From Candidatus Heimdallarchaeota archaeon (lineage in GTDB: Archaea > Asgardarchaeota > Heimdallarchaeia > Heimdallarchaeales > Heimdallarchaeaceae), in NCBI GenBank assembly GCA_019057815.1, contig JAHLWR010000002.1, positions 206,284 to 270,283 on the forward strand: DNA of 64,000 bases, read 5' to 3'. Of this stretch, positions 20,080-40,895 are shown piece after piece; positions within the stretch are counted from its first letter, which is position 1, and every line of letters starts with the position of its first letter. The notes below the pieces were generated by a model. The model saw only the letters and a list, made by a program, of their open reading frames with translations, had not been told where the DNA came from and did not search any database. A program made the translations under genes and the position numbers.

Positions 20080-21213
20080 TCACAAATCTATTTCCTCATA
20101 AGTAGCAGCAACATTACATGTTCCTTCATGACTGACCATACAAGCTCCAATGGGGTGATCAGGGCGACACGATTTCATAAATAACTTGCACTCAGAAGGC
20201 TTTGTTTTTCCAATTAAAATCTCATCACATAAGCACCCTTTATGTAAATCAGTCAGTGGTAAATCTGGAATGGTATATTTTTTCTTTGCATCAATATGAG
20301 CATATTTTTTACTTATTTCATGTCCGGTTTTAGGCCAAACACCCAGCCCTCTCCAACGTGCGTCAGATATCACAAATGCATCATCCAAAGCTCTAATAGC
20401 TGCGAGATTTCCTTCTTCTTTCACATACCTCTTGTAAACATTATCAACTTTGGGCTTATTTTCACGAATTTGTTTAAGTAGAGAATAAATACCTAACAAA
20501 ATATCTACAGGTTCAAAACCAGCGACAGCAACAGGAAAATTATATTTCTCGGGTACAAAATCATAAGGTTTACTACCAATAATTGTTGATACATGACCAG
20601 GAGCGAGAAAACCATGAAATTCAATATCATCACGTTGCATAAGCAGTTCCATGGCAGGGGGGATAAGTTTGTGAGAAGAATAAATGCTGAAATTAGGTAT
20701 AGACGTTCTAATAACTTCTGCGGCTGTAATACTGGAAGTTGTTTCGAAACCTACGCTAAAGAAAATAATATCCGTTTTAGGATTCTTTTCAGCAATTTTT
20801 ATAGCATCACTTACACTATAAACAACACGAATATCGACTCCTCTACCCTTAGCTTGATAGAGAGACTCAGTTGAGCCAGGAACACGCATCATATCACCAA
20901 AGGTAGTAATAATAGCACCGTGAGTGTCAGCAACCCAGAGAACTTCATCAATATCTTGGGCACTACAGACACATACTGGGCAGCCTGGACCTGCTATTAA
21001 TTCTACTTCTTTTGGTATTAACGAACGTAGTCCTGCCTTTACAAGATCATGTTCATGTGTCCCACATACATGCATGAGACGTACAGGATTGCCTATTTGC
21101 CCTATTTCTTTATTTATCTTTTTCAACAAAATTTCTGTCACATGCTTACTTCGATATCTTTCTGTTGGGTCAGACATTTTACTCATATCCACTTTTCTTT
21201 CTGTTTTTCGCAA
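20080..21213 (-). CDS. hypD: Hydrogenase maturation protein HypD
   Basis: MHVCGTHE, GPGCPVC, GFETT, PGHVS, GACMVSHEGTC. Start may be slightly downstream. Confidence 0.96.
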   Translation of the reverse strand: MRKTERKVDMSKMSDPTERYRSKHVTEILLKKINKEIGQIGNPVRLMHVCGTHEHDLVKAGLRSLIPKEVELIAGPGCPVCVCSAQDIDEVLWVADTHGAIITTFGDMMRVPGSTESLYQAKGRGVDIRVVYSVSDAIKIAEKNPKTDIIFFSVGFETTSSITAAEVIRTSIPNFSIYSSHKLIPPAMELLMQRDDIEFHGFLAPGHVSTIIGSKPYDFVPEKYNFPVAVAGFEPVDILLGIYSLLKQIRENKPKVDNVYKRYVKEEGNLAAIRALDDAFVISDARWRGLGVWPKTGHEISKKYAHIDAKKKYTIPDLPLTDLHKGCLCDEILIGKTKPSECKLFMKSCRPDHPIGACMVSHEGTCNVAATYEEIDL

Positions 21214-21520
21214 ATCATTGAGGGATAAATAATTTCTTCTCTATGACAAAAATTTCTTTTACTTACTAAAAACCTCAATTGTATAAATGTTTCACTCTTT
21301 CATTATTATACTCTTTAGTTTTGTTAATTTAACGGCTCCAATAACTTTTGAAGATATAATATAGTGTATTAACTATTGTAAACAATCAAATTGAAATTAA
21401 TTCTTTTTATCCTATTTTACCCCCCCTAAAGAATGAATTCTGGTTTTTCTATTTAATTATACTTTTATATGTGATGCCTATCTTCTACTTTAAATGGAAA
21501 TAATTTCTGGTGAAATATAG

Positions 21521-22072
21521 ATGAAAGTTTTGATAGTATATTACAGTGAAACAGGTAATACAAAAAAGATAGCTGAAGCTATTTATGAAGTTACATTACA
21601 AAATCATGATACCCATCTTAAGAATCTCAAAGAGGTTAAAGTAGATGATTTAAATAATTATGATTTAGTTTTCTTGGGGTCTGCATGTCATAGCGCTGAT
21701 TTAGCTCCTCCAGTTTTAAAATTCTTGGAAAAAACTCCTACTTCTCCTGATTTCAAGCTTGCAGGATTCTTTACTCATTCAGTTATTCCTCCAAAGGGAA
21801 GTGAGATAAATGAGTCATTATATGAAAAATGGGCAGGAAAATGTGGTAAAGCATTTGAAAAAACCAAGACAGAAAAGGAAGTAGATTTTAAAGGATACTT
21901 TAGATGTCGGGGAGCACCTTCACCTGCTATAGAAGAGTTCATTCATAAAAGTATAATAACAGATGAAAATGAGTTTCAGAAATATGTAGAGGAAGCAAGG
22001 AAGCATCCAGATGAGACAGATATAGAGGATGCTAAAAAATTCGCTCAGGAAATACTGAAAATTTCTCTCTAA
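21521..22072 (+). CDS. Flavodoxin-family protein
   Basis: VYYSETGNTKKIAEAI, YDLVFLGS, HPDETDIEDAKKFA. Confidence 0.88.
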   Translation: MKVLIVYYSETGNTKKIAEAIYEVTLQNHDTHLKNLKEVKVDDLNNYDLVFLGSACHSADLAPPVLKFLEKTPTSPDFKLAGFFTHSVIPPKGSEINESLYEKWAGKCGKAFEKTKTEKEVDFKGYFRCRGAPSPAIEEFIHKSIITDENEFQKYVEEARKHPDETDIEDAKKFAQEILKISL

Positions 22073-22185
22073 ATTATTATGACACTTTAGCTTGACACAA
22101 GTTTATTTCTAGTAAAAGAAAATTGTTCCATCTTTTTTGTTATATCTATTAAAATGAAAAAGAAAAAGAAAAGAAAAAAGGAAGT

Positions 22186-23697
22186 TTAAGTCCACAAGGG
22201 TAGCAATCCTTGAACAGCATCGACTATGTATTCAAAGACTTTTCCTGGCCATACACCTAATAGAATGACAATTACCATCATTATTGTAAGTGGTATTGCT
22301 TCAAATTTGGGTATTTTTAGTTTTTCCTCAGCTTTTGCTTCTGGTGGGTCAAATACTATGTATTTGAGTATATATAAGTAACCTCCAAGAGCCAGTACAG
22401 AGTTAATCACAGCAAATATTACCAATATAAGGTTCATTATTTGAGCGTGATTACCACTATAGACTGATAGGATGACTAAAAGTTTTGATACAAAACCGCC
22501 TGTTATGGGTATTCCTGCTAGAGACAAAAGACTTGTTGTCAGGACTATAGCAATAAAAGGCGACCTTCTGCCTAATCCTTTCATATTTCGAATATCTCTT
22601 GAGCCTACAGCTGCTATCATGGTTCCGCTGAGTAAAAACAGAGCTCCTTTTCCTAATGAATGGGTAAAGATGTGCATAACAGAAGCTTCTAACCCAATTG
22701 CGGTTCCAGCACCAATACCTAAAATCACGTAACCAAGATGTACAGTAGTTGAATAGGCCAATATTCGTTTTAAGTCTATTATATCCTTCCGTTTGAATTG
22801 AGAGAATACTAAGTAGTTCCCTTCAATCATTGTAAGGATACCTAACCAAGATATGAATACTGAAGTGTTTGGAAGGAAGTTTCCATTGCCTGAGAATCCC
22901 CAGAATATCGTTCTATATATTGCAAAAGCACCAGCTTTAACTACAATACCAGAAAGTAATGCGGAGATTGTTGAAGGCGCATTGGAATGTGCATCAGGTA
23001 GCCATGCATTCAAGAATAACATAGCAGCTGTTACACCGAAACCTACAATATACAAGGCACTAATAACACCTGTAATCTTACCAATTGGAGCCATTCCAAC
23101 TAGAGCATCAAAGCTTACAGTTCCATAGTAACCATAGGTTAAAGCAGTGGCCAATAACACGAGCATACTTCCAACTGTTGACATTAAGAAATACTTGAGT
23201 GAGGCTTCTACAGCTCCGCGTTTTGCACGATCAAAAGCAACTAACGAATATGCACTTAGGGCAAATAATTCCCAACCAATAAACAGTGTAAAGAAGTTAG
23301 AAGACATAACGACAGCTGATAGACCTGTTAATAGTGTAAGAATCAGAGCATAGTAGTATCCTAAGCCGTTCTTTCCTTTCATATAGTCAACACTGAAAAG
23401 TACAGCCATTAGTACTAAGAAACTAAATATTGAAATCAATATCGCTTCCAAGTTTCCATATTTGCCAAATTCTAGCAATTTATCGTCAGTAGTGTTAAGT
23501 TTCTTGAAATTATCTACAAATATCGATATTATTGCTAAGACAAAGACAGTAAGTGCAACGACATTAGCAAAAATATGGTTTAGACAATCAGTACAAATCC
23601 CCATTTTCTTTAGGTATTTTCGCATCTGTTCAAATAACACTAGCAGGACTGCTCCAACAATTGGAACAATTAGTATAAGAGAGAGATAGGTTATCAT
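22186..23697 (-). CDS. Antiporter-like membrane subunit (MrpD/NuoM-N type)
   Basis: FIGWEL, EASLKYF, WLPDAH..APS, KRILAYS, LAGIP..GGFVSK. Confidence 0.9.
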   Translation of the reverse strand: MITYLSLILIVPIVGAVLLVLFEQMRKYLKKMGICTDCLNHIFANVVALTVFVLAIISIFVDNFKKLNTTDDKLLEFGKYGNLEAILISIFSFLVLMAVLFSVDYMKGKNGLGYYYALILTLLTGLSAVVMSSNFFTLFIGWELFALSAYSLVAFDRAKRGAVEASLKYFLMSTVGSMLVLLATALTYGYYGTVSFDALVGMAPIGKITGVISALYIVGFGVTAAMLFLNAWLPDAHSNAPSTISALLSGIVVKAGAFAIYRTIFWGFSGNGNFLPNTSVFISWLGILTMIEGNYLVFSQFKRKDIIDLKRILAYSTTVHLGYVILGIGAGTAIGLEASVMHIFTHSLGKGALFLLSGTMIAAVGSRDIRNMKGLGRRSPFIAIVLTTSLLSLAGIPITGGFVSKLLVILSVYSGNHAQIMNLILVIFAVINSVLALGGYLYILKYIVFDPPEAKAEEKLKIPKFEAIPLTIMMVIVILLGVWPGKVFEYIVDAVQGLLPLWT

Positions 23698-25511
23698 TAG
23701 ACAATCACCACCAAAACAACAATGGCAGCTATAGCTACCAATGATCCTAGAACCATGTTCCAGTTAATTTTACCAGTCTTCAAGAAGGAGAATTGTTTTC
23801 CTATCCAGAAAGTTGGTTTAACAAAGACATAATCATAGAAATGATCAATGTAGTATCCATTTGCAACAAAAGATCTTACAGCTTTTAGAGCTTTGTTGGT
23901 TTCAATGAATTTGACTTCAGTTTGTCCTTTACCGTACATTAGAAAGGCACTGCCGATTCCTAATAATAAAGCACCAATTGCTATAATAAATGGTACAACA
24001 TTGAAATCTCTTATCAAAGCATAAGGATCAGAGTGTTCTCCCATAAAGTTGTGTAAGGGACCTTCGATAAAGAAACCCGTGGCAACGACTAGGACAGCTA
24101 GAATTCCCAAAGCGATTCTCATTATGTATTTAGGCTTGTGTACTTGAGCTCCACGATTTTTTCCATGGAAAATCATTAAGAACATCCTTGTAGCGTATAA
24201 AGCTGTCAAGAAGGCTGTAAGTATAGCTATAATGAAGACAAACCATGAACCATTATCATAAGCTACAGTGATAATCATCTCTTTGGAATATCCACCATTC
24301 GTAAGTATTGGAATACCAATCAAACCAAGGACACCAACTAATGCGAAACCATAAACCCATGGTAATTCCTTTCGGAGACCACCCATCTTTTTAATATTTC
24401 TTTCATTAGCTAGAGAATGAATTATTGCACCAGCTGATAGGAAGAGCAATGCTTTGAAAATGGAGTGAGAGAATAAGTGCATTTCACCTGCAAATAATCC
24501 TTTACCCTCTGAATCGCGTATTGTTAAAGCTAAGAACATGTAACTCAACTGAGAGATAGTACTATAAGCTAAGACTCTCTTCAAATCTGTAGTAACAAGA
24601 GCAGCAATTGCGGCTAAGACACATGAAACTCCAGCTATTATCATTAGTAGAACATAGAAGACTGTTTCATTCCATATTGGGCTGAATCGAGCTACTAAAT
24701 ATATACCAGCTTTGACCATTGTTGCGGCATGTATAAGAGCTGAAACGGTTGTAGGGCCTTGCATAGCATCAATGTCTACAGTATCACCAGAACTTAACCA
24801 AGATTGAAGTGGAAATTGTGCTGATTTTGACACAGGTGCCAACAAGAGTAATATACTCATCACTATAGGATAACTTCCACCTAGTAGAGGTGAAGTAGGA
24901 TCGATTATTAGACTGTGGGGTGTTGTACTGAAGTATGCAAAAGCTAGGAAAGCAAGAAATCCAACATCACCAATACCAGTCATAAGAAGAGCTTTTATAC
25001 CGCTCTTTGCTGGTTTTGCACCTTCTTCGCCTTTCTTCATGTAGAAGTGACCTATTAGGAAACAAGAGCACAAACCTACGATTTCCCATCCAATAAATAG
25101 GAAAATCATATCATGAGCAAGTACTAAAAGCAACATTCCTCCAACAAACAATTGTAAGAAGAACCAGTATCGGGTACGATATTTGTCTCCAGCCATATAT
25201 TCTAGAGAGAAGAAAGCTATCAACATGCTGAGCACAGATACAATCAAAGTCATCAATACTGATAACGGATCAAGATAGAACCCAGATTCTATACCATTAC
25301 TTCCTACCCAATCTAGCCAAGCAAAATCGTGAGAGATAGGTTCTCCACCATATAAGATGAAAATTATCACCGCGGAAATTGCCGAAACAGCTATAGTAGT
25401 TACACCAAAAACATCTCGAACAGCTGACCATTTCTTTAGTAAGGGTACTATAAATGCACCTATTATCGGAGATAAAATCGCTATTATTGTAAAGATAAAT
25501 ATTGTTTCCAT
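23697..25511 (-). CDS. Antiporter-like membrane subunit (NuoL/MrpA type)
   Basis: KSAQFPLQSWL...AMQGPTTVSALIHAATMVKAG, HSIFKALLFL, C-terminal YYIDHFYD helix. Confidence 0.92.
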   Translation of the reverse strand: METIFIFTIIAILSPIIGAFIVPLLKKWSAVRDVFGVTTIAVSAISAVIIFILYGGEPISHDFAWLDWVGSNGIESGFYLDPLSVLMTLIVSVLSMLIAFFSLEYMAGDKYRTRYWFFLQLFVGGMLLLVLAHDMIFLFIGWEIVGLCSCFLIGHFYMKKGEEGAKPAKSGIKALLMTGIGDVGFLAFLAFAYFSTTPHSLIIDPTSPLLGGSYPIVMSILLLLAPVSKSAQFPLQSWLSSGDTVDIDAMQGPTTVSALIHAATMVKAGIYLVARFSPIWNETVFYVLLMIIAGVSCVLAAIAALVTTDLKRVLAYSTISQLSYMFLALTIRDSEGKGLFAGEMHLFSHSIFKALLFLSAGAIIHSLANERNIKKMGGLRKELPWVYGFALVGVLGLIGIPILTNGGYSKEMIITVAYDNGSWFVFIIAILTAFLTALYATRMFLMIFHGKNRGAQVHKPKYIMRIALGILAVLVVATGFFIEGPLHNFMGEHSDPYALIRDFNVVPFIIAIGALLLGIGSAFLMYGKGQTEVKFIETNKALKAVRSFVANGYYIDHFYDYVFVKPTFWIGKQFSFLKTGKINWNMVLGSLVAIAAIVVLVVIV

Positions 25512-25516
25512 TTATT

Positions 25517-25845
25517 TCACCTCTTCAAAGTTGCCATCTCATCCGTATCTACGCTTTTAGCGTGACGATAGTTATTGATGACAAGTGCTAAGCCTAGGGC
25601 CATGACTGCTGCACCTACAGCTAATGATATCAATGGAAATACAAGAGCAAACTCTGTAAACCAAATGAAAGTTCCATCTCCAGTTGTTTCAAATTCAGTA
25701 CCAAGAGCAATGAACACAAGGTTGGCAGCAATAGTCATAATTTCAATTCCCATCAATATTTTAATCACATTTCTTTTACCAAGTAATGCGTATAATCCTA
25801 CACCAAATAGAACTATAGCTAAAATTAGTAAAACAATTTGGTCAA

Positions 25846-25849
<4 letters not shown>
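25517..25849 (-). CDS. NuoK/MrpC-like subunit
   Basis: Three TM helices, GLY....RNVIKILMGIEIM. Confidence 0.85.
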
Positions 25850-27775
<1,926 letters not shown>

Positions 27776-28044
27776 TTAATCCTCCAATTGGGACAATATT
27801 ATTTTTCACTTGTAACCCCTAACAAGGGATTACATTGACGACATAGTAGGTCAAAAGCAACTAATTAAAAAGGTTTACCGTCAATCGCGTCGAAATTTCT
27901 TAATAAGACACACAATCATACTTAAGAAAAGTATCACCACATATAGAAGCGTAATTTAACGCTCCAACACTTCTTGTTGAGAGTATTGATATAATGAAAA
28001 ATAGGAACAAAAAATTATCTGGTGTTTTGAAAGGTTACAACAAA

Positions 28045-31482
<3,438 letters not shown>

Positions 31483-31584
31483 TTAAGTATGAAGATATTG
31501 CGAGAAAAGATATCATAAATGTCCCCTCAACTTTTTAAAAGCGCGCTTCCACAGATATTCGAAGATACTAAATGGAGATTCTAA

Positions 31585-32382
31585 ATGTCTTTAAGTAGGG
31601 ATTTAAAAAAAGCAAAAAAGGCTTATGAAGATGGTGATGTAGATGCATCGATTGAAGCTCACTCAGTTTTTGCGCCTGAAAGGCACCAACAAGAAGCTGG
31701 AAGATATATTAAAAGTATAATTTATGGGGGGCTTGATGGAATTATAACGACTTTTGCCGTTGTTGCTGGTGTAACAGGAGCAAAATTACCTTTAGCAATT
31801 GTTGTAATTCTAGGTCTTGCTAATTTATTAGCTGATGGTCTTTCAATGGGAATAGGAGATTATCTTAGTTCTAAATCTGAGAAAGAATATCAAGCTGATG
31901 AACGCAGAAGGGAAGAATGGGAAGTAGAACACTATCCTGAAGGGGAGAAGCTAGAAATGTTAGAAATATATCAAGCAAAAGGGATGAGCAAAAACGATGC
32001 AGAAACAGTTATTGAAATAATTTCAAAATACCCAAAAGCATGGGTAGATATTATGATGGCTGAAGAATTGGAGATTATTGAAACAAAAGATTCACCAGTA
32101 AAAAATGGTCTAGTAACTTTTCTTTCATTTGTAGTTTTTGGATTTATTCCACTATCATCTTATGTTATCGCACAACTGATTCCAGCACTAGAAAACAACC
32201 CAACATTATCATTCATAATAGCATGTGCTTTAACAGGCTTAGCACTGTTCACACTTGGAGCGTTAAAGGTAAAAGTGACTGGAAAAAACTTCATTAAATC
32301 AGGACTAGAAATGTTTGCATTAGGAGGGTTAGCAGCAGCAGCAGCATTTGGAATTGGATACTTACTAAGAGGGATAGCGTAG
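31585..32382 (+). CDS. VIT1/CCC1 iron/manganese transporter
   Basis: [35 protein letters not shown]. Confidence 0.92.
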   Translation: MSLSRDLKKAKKAYEDGDVDASIEAHSVFAPERHQQEAGRYIKSIIYGGLDGIITTFAVVAGVTGAKLPLAIVVILGLANLLADGLSMGIGDYLSSKSEKEYQADERRREEWEVEHYPEGEKLEMLEIYQAKGMSKNDAETVIEIISKYPKAWVDIMMAEELEIIETKDSPVKNGLVTFLSFVVFGFIPLSSYVIAQLIPALENNPTLSFIIACALTGLALFTLGALKVKVTGKNFIKSGLEMFALGGLAAAAAFGIGYLLRGIA

Positions 32383-32401
32383 AAAGGAACAGAAGAAAAT
32401 T

Positions 32402-32515
32402 TGGAGCCACGACGGGGATTTGAACCCCGGAGCCTAACGGCAATGGATTAGCAATCCATCCTCATTTCGCGAATTATTAGAAACTTCAAATATTTTACCG
32501 CTTGAGTATCGTGGC
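32402..32515 (-). tRNA. tRNA-Ser(GCT) with a 29-nt D-loop intron (about 32467-32495)
   Basis: GCCACGA/TCGTGGC acceptor, ATGGA-TTGCTAA-TCCAT anticodon arm, variable arm GCC-GTTA-GGC, CGGGG-TTCAAAT-CCCCG T arm, CCA encoded. Removing the intron restores CTCA-AGCGGTAAA-TGAG. Confidence 0.9.
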
Positions 32516-32635
32516 TTGTCCAGTTTTTAACCTAATTATTTCTAATTTAAATATTTCGACCTTCTGCTTCTCATTATTTTGTTGTTTTTCGTGCCTATAG
32601 TAACCTTAAAAAATAAATTTTTAATTCGTTTTTTG

Positions 32636-32856
32636 CCTAGTATGATCAGACATCATCTGGATGCGTTCCAGATGCACAGGAAAGTTAAGTTCTTCCCCTT
32701 GAGGCTTGGTACTAAGATCCGTGAGGTCTTGGAAGGGTTATTAGCTGCGATACGTTGCGACCATAGTGAAGAAGTAACACTCAGACTTATTCTGAACCTA
32801 AAATCCATGCTTGGTGAAATCTTTTTAGACGCCCTATTACTTTAAGAAATTTGCTT
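32636..32856 (+). ncRNA. Candidate divergent RNase P/MRP-like RNA
   Basis: P3-like hairpin 32654-32674 followed by AGGAAAGT; GNRA and UNCG hairpins; AGnnnnAT then a P2-complementary strand. P1 and CR-II are weak. Confidence 0.4.
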
Positions 32857-32933
32857 TCCAAGTTTCAATTTAGCAAAAACTTTAAAAATTAGCATTCGCT
32901 TTCAATCTCGTTCTGGAAATAGTAGGGGAAACT

Positions 32934-33281
32934 ATGCTGAAATCAGAAACTAATCCACCTGACACAGAGAATTTCAAACCAATTAGTCCACCTTTTATTT
33001 TCCGAGACCCTAATTCTCCTAAAACTATTTTTAGTGTGGCACATACAGTGCAGGAATTAGTAGAGATTTTACCTTATGTTCCCTTCTTTTCTATTGAATT
33101 CCACCTATATAGAATTGAAAAAGACAATTCAGTTATAAGCGATCTAGGATCATGGATTCGTTATATACTTGGTTTAGAAGAACTATCTAAAGAAGTAGAA
33201 CGCCTAGGTTCCGAATTTGATGGATTAGAATTGAAAGAAAAATTCATTCATCTAATGAATGATCATATTTTTGATGAGTGA
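32934..33281 (+). CDS. Hypothetical protein (DUF5752-like)
   Basis: PFIF...AHTVQEL.E.L..VP..SIEFH...DL..WIR.ILG.EEL pattern. Confidence 0.65.
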   Translation: MLKSETNPPDTENFKPISPPFIFRDPNSPKTIFSVAHTVQELVEILPYVPFFSIEFHLYRIEKDNSVISDLGSWIRYILGLEELSKEVERLGSEFDGLELKEKFIHLMNDHIFDE

Positions 33282-33291
33282 TTAAACTCGT

Positions 33292-33954
33292 TCATGCCTT
33301 TCTAAATACTAGAGCTGTTGGTTCAAAAATATCTCCACGATTCAGGAGGTCGTGTATTATTTCTTCCACAACTGCTTTTTCTAGTTTGGTTTTTTCTAAT
33401 ATTTCATCTAAGGTAACACTTGAATTAGATTCAGCTATGATTTCCCATACTATATCTCTAGCTTTCTCTTTTTCCTCATCTATTTCTTTTTCAAGTTTTT
33501 CTCGCTTTAGAGCAGGTATGGTGAAACCTTTATCTAAATACCGTTTCACTTTTTTTACCCTCATATAAAGCTCTCTGTCATGAGAATCAACGTTTATAAC
33601 TGTTTCAGGCACAAGGAAAATTTCATCCTCAGAGCTTCTAGGTCTTCCTATAATATCAACTTCATTTCCAACTCCATACCTATTAAGCACTTGTGCCCCT
33701 TCTTCCCAACCTTTTACTTGTATCGTTTCAGTTCCATCATCAATGGAAATCGCTGTGAATTCTTTTTTGTCTGCGGAACCAAGACTATGGTATTTGTGCA
33801 CTAGGGTTCCAGTTATTCTTATCCTGTAAATTTTCTCATTGTTTGCTGTCATTAGTACATAACGAAATCGCTCTTCACCCTCTTTTATTACTCTACCATT
33901 TATTACATCAGAGATATACACTAATATAGCTGGGCCTTGGATAAATTTATTCAT
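33292..33954 (-). CDS. RPA2/RPA32-like OB-fold plus winged-helix ssDNA-binding protein
   Basis: RIRITGTLV...IDDGTETI OB fold; C-terminal wHTH ending LLNRGDIFEP. Confidence 0.82.
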   Translation of the reverse strand: MNKFIQGPAILVYISDVINGRVIKEGEERFRYVLMTANNEKIYRIRITGTLVHKYHSLGSADKKEFTAISIDDGTETIQVKGWEEGAQVLNRYGVGNEVDIIGRPRSSEDEIFLVPETVINVDSHDRELYMRVKKVKRYLDKGFTIPALKREKLEKEIDEEKEKARDIVWEIIAESNSSVTLDEILEKTKLEKAVVEEIIHDLLNRGDIFEPTALVFRKA

Positions 33955-34122
33955 TTTTTTCCCTAAAAATTCTTAATTCTAACTCCTATCTTAATATTAA
34001 ATACTTTTCTTTATACATTGTTAAATACATCGACAAAAAAGTAAAATAACTAAACATGCTTGAGATAACCTGTAATTCACCATTCTAAAGATGTATTTCT
34101 CAACTAACCAATCCTTTTTTAA

Positions 34123-35454
<1,332 letters not shown>

Positions 35455-35580
35455 TGAAATAACACTCAACAAAGAAAAATAATAACAGATTTATCCTCTG
35501 TCTCAGTATATCGACAGAAAAATGATTTATATTTGGGTTTAAAACCTTTTTTAATATTAGTGCAATAAACGGAAAGAAAA

Positions 35581-35966
35581 TTGGTTGTCCTAGCTTTGGG
35601 AGGAAACATGATTCTTCAAAGAGGACAGAAAGGAACATTTGAAGGTGCTATAGCTGTTATAGATAAAGATCGAGCATCAGCAGTCCTAGCTGCCCAAATT
35701 GGTGCGCGTATCTTAATTATTCTAACTGATGTACCTAATGCGTTCATAAATCACAACAAAGAAAATCAAGAAACTATTGGGAAAATAGACATAGCTCTAG
35801 CTATGAATTATTATGCTGAGAGGCATTTTATTAAAGGTAGTATGGGTCCAAAAATTGAATCAGTAATTAAGTTTGTCAAAGAAACTCAGGGATTAGCTAT
35901 TATCACTAATCCTGAAAATGAATAAAAGCCCCTCATGGTGAAGCTAGAACAAGAATTACACCCTAA
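35581..35966 (+). pseudogene. arcC: Carbamate kinase remnant (large internal deletion, frameshift)
   Basis: VVLALGGN joined directly to EG..AVIDKDRAS, LTDV and GSMGPK; C-terminal ..GEARTRI lies in another frame; in-frame TAA upstream. Confidence 0.8.
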
Positions 35967-36160
35967 GTACAAATCTGTTGTTGAAAATCATTTTTTGACC
36001 CTATTTCACCGTTTTTCTAGCTGTAGAATAGGGTCTCAACCAATTTGTTTTTAAAGGATAATTCGATTATTTTTATAGTGTAAAGTTAAAAATCAGCCGA
36101 CTTTAAACGAAAAGAAAGCAAAATTGTTTCCATCATGGGGAATAAAAAAAATTCAATTAA

Positions 36161-38269
<2,109 letters not shown>

Positions 38270-38280
38270 AATAGGATTAG

Positions 38281-40851
<2,571 letters not shown>

Positions 40852-40895
40852 AATAGTTCAACAAATGTTTAAAAGCCTAAAACTCATATATTTTC

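Noticed and set aside
32579-32845. 88-aa plus-strand ORF
   Set aside because: TTG start, no recognisable protein features, and it overlaps the structured RNA candidate.
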